Part shown: positions 28,025 to 37,605 of the stretch, one piece after another
Position numbering within the stretch: position 1 is the first letter of the stretch
Layout: the number at the start of each line of letters is the position of its first letter
From: Candidatus Dojkabacteria bacterium
GTDB lineage: Bacteria; Patescibacteriota; Dojkabacteria; B142; JAFGMG01
Assembly (NCBI GenBank): GCA_016927655.1
Contig: JAFGMG010000012.1
Coordinates: 1 to 40,617, forward strand
Direction: 5' to 3'
Length of the DNA stretch: 40,617 nucleotides
Notes under the pieces: generated by a model
The model's database searches: none
What the model saw: the letters and a program-made list of their open reading frames with translations, nothing else
What the model was told of the DNA's origin: nothing
Translations under genes and position numbers: made by a program

Positions 28025-28606
28025 ATGACAGATCTAACCAAAATCTTTCTAGCAATCTTCATAATATACCAGCCAATCACTTTGTTTATACTTATCCAGT
28101 TAGAAAGACGTTTTCAAGGCTACACGATCAGACGTGATGTGGTAAGCCTGCTTGGCACTCAAGAATTTCCATACGGTTTTATATTTAATTTGAATGCTGT
28201 TGTCTATGGATTATCAGCACTATCTTTAGCATTGGCACAATATCAACTACTAGAAAGAACTTTATTAAATCAAATAGGATTTATTTCGCTCTTAGTTTGC
28301 TGTCTTGCTACTGCATCAGCAGGTATATTCCCAATGCACACTCGAAAAATCCCACACATTATCTCAAGCTATTTCGTTTTTGGAGGTATATTTATGGTTG
28401 CAGTATCACATATCCCGATCTTTTATCAGCAAATATTTTCCTACTCTTCTTTGATTTTGTATTCGGGAATAGTTGCAATTACCATAGTTATCCTTCTCTC
28501 CTCTTACCTAAACAAAAAACTACAACATTCCTTGCCTGAATGGATGGCAATATTTTTTGCAATTCTCTGGAACACTTCAGTCTCGATACTAATGATTACC
28601 AACTAA
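28025..28606 (+). CDS. Membrane protein, DUF998-like
   Basis: GYTI.RD.VSLLG...IFN, AGIFPM....PH, PEW; about 5 TM. Confidence 0.7.
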   Translation: MTDLTKIFLAIFIIYQPITLFILIQLERRFQGYTIRRDVVSLLGTQEFPYGFIFNLNAVVYGLSALSLALAQYQLLERTLLNQIGFISLLVCCLATASAGIFPMHTRKIPHIISSYFVFGGIFMVAVSHIPIFYQQIFSYSSLILYSGIVAITIVILLSSYLNKKLQHSLPEWMAIFFAILWNTSVSILMITN

Positions 28607-28654
28607 GAGAAGAGGTTTATTTGTGAAGCTCTAAAAGCACTACCTGGAGAAAGA

Positions 28655-28673
28655 TATGACCCCACGGGGAATC
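28655..28673 (-). repeat. Direct repeat of the tRNA-Glu 3' end (att-like)
   Basis: TATGACCCCACGGGGAATC is identical at 28655-28673 and 28800-28818. Confidence 0.9.
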
Positions 28674-28768
28674 CCCACGCCAAGAACAGATAAATCTGTT
28701 CTATGGCTCTGGACAAGCGTACTTTCGCTTCGCTCAGTTACAGTTCACCAGGAGAGTGATAAGCAAAC

Positions 28769-28792
28769 AAAAACCACCTTGCGGTGGATTTT
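28769..28792 (-). terminator. Intrinsic terminator after tRNA-Glu
   Basis: Minus strand CCACC-GCAA-GGTGG followed by TTTTTGTTT. Confidence 0.7.
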
Positions 28793-28801
28793 ATTTTCTT
28801 A

Positions 28802-28873
28802 TGACCCCACGGGGAATCGAACCCCGATCGTCGGGATGAAAACCCGGTGTACTAACCGTTATACTATGGGGCC
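28802..28873 (-). tRNA. tRNA-Glu(TTC), CCA not encoded
   Basis: GGCCCCATAGTATAACGGTTAGTACACCGGGTTTTCATCCCGACGATCGGGGTTCGATTCCCCGTGGGGTCA; anticodon loop TT-TTC-AT. Confidence 0.96.
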
Positions 28874-28945
28874 AGTTTTGAAGCTGGCATGTATTGCCAA
28901 AGAGCTCTGCAATTTTAGCATATTGGTGATTCTTTAGTAAATGAT

Positions 28946-28971
28946 AAAAAGCGCTCTTTCGAGCGCTTTTT
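28946..28971 (-). terminator. Intrinsic terminator (symmetrical)
   Basis: AAAAAGCGCTC-TTTC-GAGCGCTTTTT, about 20 nt after the 28991 stop. Confidence 0.85.
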
Positions 28972-28990
28972 CAAAGCAATTTAAAAGCTT

Positions 28991-29554
28991 CTAATCCTTG
29001 CTTCCGGATAATGCGCTCTCAATCAAGTCTCTTGGAAGTTCAGCAGCCGATAGAAGAGCATCTCTTACACTCTTTGTCGCCTCGTCACCAATATTGTCAG
29101 CTCCTTTGATAAGTCCGGAAACAGTAGCACTTACAGCATCCGCTGTATTTACACCTACTTGTTCGCTCGCTTTTATAACCCCGGACACACTACCTACTGC
29201 AACTGCGCCAAGATCAGCACCAGTGCCGCTTGCTTCTGAGATTGTTGTTTGAGCAAATCCTCCAAGCGATTCTATCACTCCAGCGCCGCTTTTACTCACT
29301 GCAGTCACCAGTCCCATAAATAATCCAGCCGTAGCATCAATCCCTTCATTTCCACTCTCATTGATTCCTTTTAGAACCCCTCTAATTACACTGCTTGTTG
29401 TCTCCACACCCGTTGTTGTGAGACTTCCAATATCTTCCACCCCGCCCTCAATTTGAGAAACAACGAGTTCTCTTACTGCAGTTGCAACATCCCCTACGCC
29501 GTTGATAGCAGCAACTACTGCACCCACCACTTCATTTACAATCTTTTCTAACAT
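28991..29554 (-). CDS. Gly/Ala/Ser/Val-rich protein with 22-aa amphipathic helical repeats
   Basis: Clear ORF with its own terminator; 22-residue periodicity. Confidence 0.8.
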   Translation of the reverse strand: MLEKIVNEVVGAVVAAINGVGDVATAVRELVVSQIEGGVEDIGSLTTTGVETTSSVIRGVLKGINESGNEGIDATAGLFMGLVTAVSKSGAGVIESLGGFAQTTISEASGTGADLGAVAVGSVSGVIKASEQVGVNTADAVSATVSGLIKGADNIGDEATKSVRDALLSAAELPRDLIESALSGSKD

Positions 29555-29607
29555 TATTAACTAATGTAATAAATAAAATAAATTTAACTTCTTATAGACT
29601 ACATAAA

Positions 29608-30705
29608 TTAGCCCCGCTTGACAAGCAATTGCCCGGCACCTACATTTACTTTGATCTTCAGCGTTTCAAATGCATTCTCCAGATCTTGAGTAAACTGACC
29701 GTCACCGCTGTATTTTTTACCATCTATTTCCATCTGTCCTGCACCAATATCATATTCAACGTCCAACTCGACATCTTCTGGCAATACCAGAGTCGCCTCG
29801 CCAGCCCCAATATCTATATTGATCTCATTTGGGATAGCACCACTCCCCAGATCGATTGTTATCTCGCCTGCTCCAATGTCCAAATCAAGTTTGTCGATAT
29901 CCAATCTTTCAAAGTCCATCTCCCCTTCTCCCGCACCCAGATTTACGTCTAAATCTGTCAAAATGTCACTCCTGCCGAAATTGAAATTATATTCGTTTTC
30001 GTAATTTGCCAAAAATGCTATCCATTTTTGCCTTGTTTCAAAACCTATACTCAAATTCCCTTTATTTTCTTCTACACTCCATTCTGGGTTTTCAAATTTT
30101 TCGGCATATTTTAGACCTGCCTCCAAAAAATTCAGCGAATTTTCATCAGTAAGTGTATATTTACCTGCTCCAAGATCCAGAGCGACCGCTCTGCTTTCAA
30201 TTCCCTCGTAATCACTATCCTTGATCGTAAATTCCTCTTCAGTATATTCCGCCTTTTTTATAAGTGAAATCTCAGATAAATTTATTCCGATATTATTATC
30301 TACCCAATTTTTAAATGAGTCATCCGTTGCTGCTGCAACAAGGCCGACAAAAAACAAAAATATAAATGCGGTGAAGCATCCAAATAAGCAGTTCAATACT
30401 CTGTTCTTCCCAATTATCATCTCGATTCCCCAGATTACAAATACAAGCGGCCACAATTGCCAGATATTTGACCATAGATCCCAGGAAATCACTCCAGTCG
30501 TATTTAGCAGAAGAAGAACTCCTGCGCCTATTAATATAAAAGCGCACGAGAATCCGTGATGATCAAATTCCTGTTCTTTTTGGGGTTTATTTTCACTAGT
30601 TTCTGACTTTTGCAAGTCTTGAGGCCTTTCCTTCGCTTCAACTTTTTCTTTCTCCTTGATTATCTCTGGATTATCATTCGCTTTGTCTTTCCTGGATGTC
30701 GCCAT
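29608..30705 (-). CDS. LiaF/LiaI-like membrane protein (DUF5668-like TM part) with C-terminal beta-repeat (toast-rack/DUF2154-like) domain
   Basis: ILIGAGVLLLLN..G......IWQLWPLVFVIWG; repeated (D/N)(I/L)GAGE units. Confidence 0.8.
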   Translation of the reverse strand: MATSRKDKANDNPEIIKEKEKVEAKERPQDLQKSETSENKPQKEQEFDHHGFSCAFILIGAGVLLLLNTTGVISWDLWSNIWQLWPLVFVIWGIEMIIGKNRVLNCLFGCFTAFIFLFFVGLVAAATDDSFKNWVDNNIGINLSEISLIKKAEYTEEEFTIKDSDYEGIESRAVALDLGAGKYTLTDENSLNFLEAGLKYAEKFENPEWSVEENKGNLSIGFETRQKWIAFLANYENEYNFNFGRSDILTDLDVNLGAGEGEMDFERLDIDKLDLDIGAGEITIDLGSGAIPNEINIDIGAGEATLVLPEDVELDVEYDIGAGQMEIDGKKYSGDGQFTQDLENAFETLKIKVNVGAGQLLVKRG

Positions 30706-30797
30706 ATTGAATTTCCGCTAATATCTAACATAACCAGCTTAGGCGAAATTCAAAATAATGTCTAGAGTCTTTTTAAAATCAACAGTGAATCGTTTTC

Positions 30798-31079
30798 CTA
30801 TCTTAGTAGCTCCGTAACAGTAAGCTGTTCTTGCAGGGCCTCTGGCTGATTACAGCCTCCATCATTAGCAATAGCAAGAATTCTTTCAAGTAAACTTTTC
30901 AATCTTTCAGGTTCCAATGGTACGGTGGTTGACCTACCATCTATAATACGATTTGCACCGTTTCCTTTTTGATGTTCATACTCATGCAATAGCAGGCAAG
31001 TAGGAGTATTACCTTCTGGGTCTTCTGCATTGAAATGGTATCTGCAACCAAAACAAAGTTCTGTGTTAATTTCGCTCAC
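30798..31079 (-). CDS. Hypothetical protein (CxxC plus 2 Cys)
   Basis: GTG start, own TGaTATAAT at 31110-31102; fills the intergenic gap. Confidence 0.55.
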   Translation of the reverse strand: MSEINTELCFGCRYHFNAEDPEGNTPTCLLLHEYEHQKGNGANRIIDGRSTTVPLEPERLKSLLERILAIANDGGCNQPEALQEQLTVTELLR

Positions 31080-31123
31080 AATTGGATACTAAAGAGGAGG
31101 TATTATATCATACATATATACCC

Positions 31124-31813
31124 TTATCCAATAATTTTCCCACTTTCCATCTCAATAATTCTCTCCGTTTTATTTGCGATTTCCTCATCATGAGTGACTA
31201 TTACCATTGTCTGGTCAAGCTCTTTATTTAGCCTCAAAATCATATCAAATACTTCAAATGCCGTTTTTCTATCCAGATTCCCAGTTGGTTCGTCTGCCCA
31301 GATAACTGCAGGATTATGAACAAGTGCCCTTGCGATTGTAACTCTCTGCCTCTGACCGCCCGAAAGCTCGCTAGGCTTGTGGTTTGCGCGGTCCTTTAGC
31401 CCGACGACATCTAGCATCTCTAGAGCTTTTTCTTTTGCCTCTTTCGCACTATCTCCTGCTATTAAAAGAGGCATCTGCACGTTTTCTAGAGCAGTTAACA
31501 CTGGTATCAGATTGAACGTCTGAAAGATAAAACCCATTTTTCTCGCTCTGTATTTTGTCTTTTTCCTATCACCCATTTTCTGCAAATCCTGCCCGTCTAT
31601 CAATATTTCACCTGAAGTTGCCTCATCAATCCCGGAAATTACGTTCAGAAGTGTTGTCTTTCCCGATCCACTTGGCCCCATGATAGCAACAACCTCACCT
31701 CTCTTGACTTCTATATCTACGTCATCAACCGCACGTACCTCATTTTCCTTTCCAATATTGTATATTTTTTTGATATTTTTTGCTTTTATTATTGAATTTT
31801 TATTACTGGCCAT
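31124..31813 (-). CDS. ABC transporter ATP-binding protein (LolD/MacB-like)
   Basis: GPSGSGKT, GFIFQTFNL, LSGGQRQR, ADEPTGNLD, VTHD. Confidence 0.96.
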   Translation of the reverse strand: MASNKNSIIKAKNIKKIYNIGKENEVRAVDDVDIEVKRGEVVAIMGPSGSGKTTLLNVISGIDEATSGEILIDGQDLQKMGDRKKTKYRARKMGFIFQTFNLIPVLTALENVQMPLLIAGDSAKEAKEKALEMLDVVGLKDRANHKPSELSGGQRQRVTIARALVHNPAVIWADEPTGNLDRKTAFEVFDMILRLNKELDQTMVIVTHDEEIANKTERIIEMESGKIIG

Positions 31814-31846
31814 TTTTGTCTTTTAATATTTTAAAATTTTACAAAT

Positions 31847-34800
31847 TTATTCCGGATAATTAGTCGCTTCTACCGGGCTCAATCTTGAGGCCTGAATACT
31901 TGGCCACAATGAGAATAAAAGCGAAGCTAAATAAACTATAAGAGAAATTGCTATCACTTCGCCAAATGCAAATACCGGCTTTGCATCAGGCTGATCGTGG
32001 AATTCAATATAGAATTCATTCAGCGCTCCTAGCGTTCCCATTGAAATCCCGATAATAATTCCAAGAAATGTGATAAATGTCGCTTCCAAAAAGAAGCTTA
32101 GCAATATCATTCTTTTATGAAACCCGAGACTTCGAAGCATACCTATCTGCTGTCTTCTTTCCTGCACAGATCTTGCAACGATTATTGCCAGGCCTGAGGC
32201 TCCAACTACAAGACTAAATCCAAGGAATCCCTGGAACATTAAAATCATCATTTCCATAAAGCTTTGCGCAGTAGCAGTAAGCTGTTCAAGTTCCATTATC
32301 TGCATGATATTGTAGCTTATCAGATTTCTTTTTAAGGTTTTCGTGCTTTCAACGACATTTGACCCATTTTCAAATTTCACCAGAATTTCTGAATTTGAGA
32401 GATTTTTGATGTATTGAGCGCTAAAGTTCGTTGAGAGATTTTCCTGTGAAGTAATCACAAAACTATAAAAGCTTCCTTCTCCGAACATTCCGCCATTTCC
32501 TGGATCTACAAAACCTACAATCTCAAATTCTTTACTTGATTGATTCATAATGTCTCCAATTTGGACTTTATCTCCAAGCTCAAGAGCTGGACGCTTACCA
32601 TATCCCATTTCTGTAAATCCTGCACCAAGTATCACTTTCGAGTCATCATTTATTACATCCTTCCAGGCCTCCTCATCATTTTCATATACATCCAGTTTTT
32701 CTGCCAGTTTTATATCTTTGTCCAAAATGAAATCCTCCGGCAATGCGTCAAATTGCGTAATAAAAAAGCTATCCTCGTCGAAACTGCTTTCCAATGGATT
32801 ACCATAATATGCAACATCATCCAGATCTTTGTATTTGTACTCAGGCATTATCACTCTCGTATGAGTAATTTTTGTTGCTTTTTGAACGTTTTGGGATTCC
32901 TCGCTCTTTTGAGCTATTTCATCTACAGTATCTACATCTACATCATAGGAAGGCATAATGATAACTTCATAGCCCCCCAAAGTTTCATTTAGTGAGTCTT
33001 GATTCATTTTCCGCATAGTCACCTTCATCATACTTGTGTATACAATCAGGAAAATAACGATTGAAAACATTATCAGAGTCAAGCCCGTCTTTACTTTGTC
33101 CACTGATGGATATCTGAAGGCAATTTTTGTAACTGCCTTCATTTTCCTGGACCTGCTAAAAAGAAAGGTCGTTATAGCTGTAATTATACTCAAATTGTAT
33201 GTAACGATCAGCGACATAGCAATCACTAGAACCACTCCTGCTAGGAAAAATATCGCAATTGACATCATTGATTCAGATGATTCTATAAATGTGTCAAATC
33301 TTGATAATTGCGATGAAAATGTAATAGCAGCAAGACTCGAAATTGTAACAGTCACTCTAGAGATATCTTTTTTAGTGATCATCTTAAACAGCCTATTAAA
33401 GAGAAATGTCCCGAAAATTAAAGAGAATACAATTCCCATATAAAGACTATAAGACTGGATGACTGCGACATTTTCGTTGAACTGAGTCTCGGACATATCA
33501 GCAAGCGCATTACCGCCTTGATCCCTTATATTCTGCATATAATCTCTAGCTGTAAAGAAAAATGCGAGGTTGGCTAGACTTGATAATGTCAAAACTGCCA
33601 GAATGATAGTCGTTATAAACCATCGAATATTGAATCTGCTGACTTTTTCTTCTTCACTGTTTCTTATTGCTGAGACAATATTGAGCCTGCTTATCCTGTA
33701 GCTTGAGAAAATCGCTGTACATACCGTTATTAAAAACCCGAAAGCAAAAGCAATTATCAGACTGTCAATTTGTACATCAAAAGCAAATCTGAGCAGATCC
33801 TCTTTCCCGATCAATGTCATTATTTTTAGAAACATCCTGTCGAGGGCATAAACAAGGGCATATCCAATTCCAACTCCGAAAATAGTTCCCACAATTGATG
33901 AAAGTATTGAATATGCGAAGCCTTCGTATATAAATGTCCTCATCAGCTGACTTCTTGTAAGAGCAATTGCACGAAGTATTCCCATCTCGTATTTTCTCTC
34001 CGCAGCAAGCATCATATACAGATTTATTATCAGCAGAATTCCCGCAAATATCCCAAAGGAACTCATAACTAGAAAGAAGTCAGCAAAAACCTTCATTCCA
34101 TATCCATTTAGAGCCTGCTCTTTCAGCTCAACAACTGAAAAAGATACATTATTTGATTCTACTGTGGAAAGTCTGTCCTCAAGTTCAGTTTTAAACTCAG
34201 GCCCATTGTATCCTTCCGGCTTGAGGCCGCCAGCTTTTGAAATATAAACATAATTATAACCTTCAGCTGGAAGTCCTAATCTGGGATTAAAAGTATTTAT
34301 ATCTACTGTTACTGAAAGGTCGCCCAATAAAACACCATCATCAAATATCTGCGCAACGTTAAAGTCAAAATATGTATCGGCAAGCGGAACACGAATGGTA
34401 TCACCCTTTTCTAGTTCCAGTTTCTTTGCTAATCCTTGATTGATGTACACATCATTTGGCTCCCTTGGGGCTTCGATAATCGTTGGTTCCATACCGAAAT
34501 GCGAATATTTATCAAAATCCATGGCTACAAGATCCACCATAAAAATATTTAGATCAGGATCACCATTTATATCAAGAGACTGTGGAGAGATTGACTGCTG
34601 CATAACAGGAAGAATCCCATCAATATCGTCTTTGACAATTGCATCTTCAATTTCACCGTATTCTTCCCCATCTAAATAGACAATTTTGCTCTCAAAAACT
34701 TTTTTCGGCTGAATTGTTATCAATGCGTCGACCTCCCCGGAATATTTTTCTACCAGATTTGTAAATGTCCTGTCCAAGGAATCTGACAAAACCAGCGAGC

Positions 34801-34978
34801 CGGAAATAAGAGCTGCCCCGACCATCGAGCCAAGAATCACCATGACAGTATTATCTATTCTTCTTGTAATGTTCCTAAAGCCGATTTTCCTTGCTATTGG
34901 GCTAAGGCCTGCTGAAATAACAATCAATGCAGCTACTGTAGCTGAGACTCCTAGAATAATAGTTGAAAGAGGACTCAT
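31847..34978 (-). CDS. FtsX/MacB-type ABC permease (duplicated, type VII)
   Basis: Two FtsX signatures, ERKYEMGILRAI and ERRQQIGMLRSLG, with large extracytoplasmic loops; ends ASRLSPVEA. Confidence 0.93.
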   Translation of the reverse strand: MSPLSTIILGVSATVAALIVISAGLSPIARKIGFRNITRRIDNTVMVILGSMVGAALISGSLVLSDSLDRTFTNLVEKYSGEVDALITIQPKKVFESKIVYLDGEEYGEIEDAIVKDDIDGILPVMQQSISPQSLDINGDPDLNIFMVDLVAMDFDKYSHFGMEPTIIEAPREPNDVYINQGLAKKLELEKGDTIRVPLADTYFDFNVAQIFDDGVLLGDLSVTVDINTFNPRLGLPAEGYNYVYISKAGGLKPEGYNGPEFKTELEDRLSTVESNNVSFSVVELKEQALNGYGMKVFADFFLVMSSFGIFAGILLIINLYMMLAAERKYEMGILRAIALTRSQLMRTFIYEGFAYSILSSIVGTIFGVGIGYALVYALDRMFLKIMTLIGKEDLLRFAFDVQIDSLIIAFAFGFLITVCTAIFSSYRISRLNIVSAIRNSEEEKVSRFNIRWFITTIILAVLTLSSLANLAFFFTARDYMQNIRDQGGNALADMSETQFNENVAVIQSYSLYMGIVFSLIFGTFLFNRLFKMITKKDISRVTVTISSLAAITFSSQLSRFDTFIESSESMMSIAIFFLAGVVLVIAMSLIVTYNLSIITAITTFLFSRSRKMKAVTKIAFRYPSVDKVKTGLTLIMFSIVIFLIVYTSMMKVTMRKMNQDSLNETLGGYEVIIMPSYDVDVDTVDEIAQKSEESQNVQKATKITHTRVIMPEYKYKDLDDVAYYGNPLESSFDEDSFFITQFDALPEDFILDKDIKLAEKLDVYENDEEAWKDVINDDSKVILGAGFTEMGYGKRPALELGDKVQIGDIMNQSSKEFEIVGFVDPGNGGMFGEGSFYSFVITSQENLSTNFSAQYIKNLSNSEILVKFENGSNVVESTKTLKRNLISYNIMQIMELEQLTATAQSFMEMMILMFQGFLGFSLVVGASGLAIIVARSVQERRQQIGMLRSLGFHKRMILLSFFLEATFITFLGIIIGISMGTLGALNEFYIEFHDQPDAKPVFAFGEVIAISLIVYLASLLFSLWPSIQASRLSPVEATNYPE

Positions 34979-35064
34979 TTTTTACGTTTAATAAGTGTAT
35001 AAAACAAACACATCAGTCTAACACGAAGATTATACCAGTCTCAAGAAGATGTTATAATTGATTT

Positions 35065-35259
35065 ATGGAAAAAACACGAGAACAATCAACAAATGAAGAT
35101 AAAAAGGACAAAATCCCAAAGATTATTGACCGTGCCTTAAATGTAAATCGCAGGATTGATAATTATTGGAGAAAAGGGGTTATGTGGTTTTGGGGAGTTT
35201 TGCTTCTTTTTATCGTTCTTTATATCTTCAATATTTTATTTACCGCAATTGGTCTCTAA
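35065..35259 (+). CDS. Small single-TM protein
   Basis: TGtTATAAT 6 nt upstream of the ATG; C-terminal TM; its stop overlaps the probable mnmA start. Confidence 0.65.
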   Translation: MEKTREQSTNEDKKDKIPKIIDRALNVNRRIDNYWRKGVMWFWGVLLLFIVLYIFNILFTAIGL

Positions 35260-36340
35260 AGCTTCGAAGCAAAAAATATTTGTCGCTATGTCTGGCGGTG
35301 TTGACTCCTCAGTCTCGGCTGCGATTTTGAAGAGTGAAGGTTATGATGTGACTGGCGTTTATATGAAGAATTGGTCAGGCGATGATTTTGGCATACAAGG
35401 AGATTGTCCATGGGAAAAGGATCAAGAAGATGTACTAGAAGTTTGCAAGAAAATCGATATTCCTTTTAGATCTTTTAATTTTGAGAAGGAGTATAGAGAG
35501 AAAGTAGTTGAATACTTTTTTGCAGAATACAAAGCCGGCAGGACTCCAAATCCAGATGTGATGTGCAACAAGGAAATTAAATTCCACTTATTTTTGAAAA
35601 AATCGCTCGAAGAAGGCGCTGATTTGATTGCAACCGGACATTACGTTCAAAGACAAGAGGCCAATGGCAAATTCAAGCTCCTTAGAGGCGTTGATAAAAA
35701 TAAAGACCAGAGTTATTTTCTCTACAGTATCACCCAGGAACAGCTAAGCAAATCGCTTTTCCCGATTGGTCACTTGAAAAAATCAGAAGTTAGGGAATTA
35801 GCTGATAAGTTTAATCTGCCAGTTGCGAATAAACCTGACAGCCAGGGAATTTGCTTTATTGGTGAAATCGATGTACAGGAATTTCTGCGCTCAAGAATTC
35901 AGCCACATCAAGGAGATATCATTGACGTTGATACCGGGAAGAAAGTCGGGGAGCATGATGGGGTCGAATTTTTCACTCTTGGACAAAGGGAAGGAATTGG
36001 AGTTGGAGGGGCAAAGGAGCCTTATTTTGTAGTTGATAAAGATTGGGAAAAGAATGTTTTGTATGTTGGTATGGGATCAGATCATCCGAAATTGTATAAA
36101 GACCTGGTTGAGATTGAAAATCTGTATTTAATTGATCCAAAGTCAGCAGTAAATGATCTGCACGAATTTCATTTGACCGCTTCAGTTCGCTACAGGCATA
36201 CTCCAGAGCCTTGCAAATTGATAAATACTGGCGGTCCAATCACAATCAAATTTAATGACCCCCAACGCGCAGTAACTCCGGGACAAAGCATTGTGCTTTA
36301 CAACGGCGAAGAGTGTCTTGGCGGCGGGATAATTAATTAG
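35249..36340 (+). CDS. mnmA: tRNA 2-thiouridylase MnmA
   Basis: AMSGGVDSS, TPNPDVMCNKEIKF, ATGHY, KDQSYFL, DSQGICFIG, AVTPGQ, LGGG. TTG at 35249 is the most plausible start. Confidence 0.97.
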   Translation: MVSKASKQKIFVAMSGGVDSSVSAAILKSEGYDVTGVYMKNWSGDDFGIQGDCPWEKDQEDVLEVCKKIDIPFRSFNFEKEYREKVVEYFFAEYKAGRTPNPDVMCNKEIKFHLFLKKSLEEGADLIATGHYVQRQEANGKFKLLRGVDKNKDQSYFLYSITQEQLSKSLFPIGHLKKSEVRELADKFNLPVANKPDSQGICFIGEIDVQEFLRSRIQPHQGDIIDVDTGKKVGEHDGVEFFTLGQREGIGVGGAKEPYFVVDKDWEKNVLYVGMGSDHPKLYKDLVEIENLYLIDPKSAVNDLHEFHLTASVRYRHTPEPCKLINTGGPITIKFNDPQRAVTPGQSIVLYNGEECLGGGIIN

Positions 36341-36353
36341 AATCTTTCTAATA

Positions 36354-36893
36354 ATGACTGAAACCCCGGGTAAATTTGAAGAACAGCTTAGGGACTTGAA
36401 AATGGGAGATCTATTCCCTGCACAAGTATCAAGGCGTTTTGATCCACCCAGTATATCTATACCAGATGATTATCCCATTCCATATTGTACTCATGCAGAA
36501 GAGCTTTGGCTTCGTATGGCAGAGAAAAAACGAATAGATGCAAACACGATTCCATTTTGGCTCAATGTAGATCCGGGGATACTGCCTGTTCCAGAGAGTT
36601 TTGATCCAGAAACTTATTATCCTGTCCTGCAGAAAAAAGGAAGAGGATACGGCGAAAAAACTTCTATCACACTAATAGATGGTACCTTGTATATAGCTAC
36701 GCCTCCTCTGTATACATTCATTGATCGAATAAATAATCCAGTAACTGTCTATGATCCAAGAGCGAAGATAGGCAAAAAAGAGAAATATTATCCGACTGGC
36801 ATTAAATTAGTCAGGGAGTTTAAACTCGAGGATTCGATAATAATTCCTAACTCAGATGAATTGATTGCAGAATTAAAAGCCAAACTTGCCTGA
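36354..36893 (+). CDS. Hypothetical protein (Pro-rich)
   Basis: 179-aa ORF directly after mnmA; no recognisable motif. Confidence 0.6.
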   Translation: MTETPGKFEEQLRDLKMGDLFPAQVSRRFDPPSISIPDDYPIPYCTHAEELWLRMAEKKRIDANTIPFWLNVDPGILPVPESFDPETYYPVLQKKGRGYGEKTSITLIDGTLYIATPPLYTFIDRINNPVTVYDPRAKIGKKEKYYPTGIKLVREFKLEDSIIIPNSDELIAELKAKLA

Positions 36894-36902
36894 TTTATTC
36901 TG

Positions 36903-37520
36903 CTATTTACAATCACAATCCCCACAGCAGCAATCCTTAGCCAGCTTTGGCGCATAATCTGTTTTGTATCTTTTGATACACTCATCAAGGATTTTCTTTC
37001 CTTCTTCTACAGTCAAAAATCCCTCAACTTTACAGGTTCCTGGCTTTTTAAGATCTTTATAGTGCTCCCAATAGTATTGTGTTTCCTTTTTAAAGTGTTC
37101 CCCCAGGTCTTCAATTGTCTTTATGTGATCCATTCTTTTGTCATCACTCAAAACTGCAATTACTTTGTCATCTACTTCGCCGCCATCATTGAATCTCATA
37201 TACCCAATCATTCTTGCCTCTGCAACTGATCCGGGAACTAATGGTTCTGTCACATTTACAATTTCGACATCAAGCGGGTCGCCGTCTTCGTCCCATGTCA
37301 TCGGAATCGCTCCGTATGCAAATGGATATGCAAGTGATGAGTATCCCACCCTATCTAGTTTCAAGTGCCCAGTTTCAGTGATCAACTCATATTTGTTCAC
37401 TGTCATCGAGTTTATCTCAATGATTACATTCAATATTCTTTCTTCCTCATTTGCATAAGGATCAAGGACATGTATTAAATTTGGCATGCACTTTGATGGT
37501 TTTAGATTGACATTGGCCAT
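36903..37520 (-). CDS. ppa: Family I inorganic pyrophosphatase with Cys-rich tail
   Basis: IEI....NKYE....G.LKLDR, YPFAYG.IP.T..EDGDPLDV, DGGEVDDK, HYKDL. Confidence 0.95.
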   Translation of the reverse strand: MANVNLKPSKCMPNLIHVLDPYANEEERILNVIIEINSMTVNKYELITETGHLKLDRVGYSSLAYPFAYGAIPMTWDEDGDPLDVEIVNVTEPLVPGSVAEARMIGYMRFNDGGEVDDKVIAVLSDDKRMDHIKTIEDLGEHFKKETQYYWEHYKDLKKPGTCKVEGFLTVEEGKKILDECIKRYKTDYAPKLAKDCCCGDCDCK

Positions 37521-37605
37521 TTTGAGATGCTTAATAGATAATTATAAAAAACGTACAAATTACTAGGCAGATTATGACAAAGAGCCAACCTTTTGGCAAA
37601 TTAGA

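Noticed and set aside
27918-28818. CRISPR array
   Set aside because: Only 2-3 tRNA-derived repeats with unequal long spacers; no cas genes.
28656-28937. 93-aa ORF with internal repeat (TPRGIP/PTGNRTP)
   Set aside because: Antisense reading of tRNA-Glu and its duplicated end.
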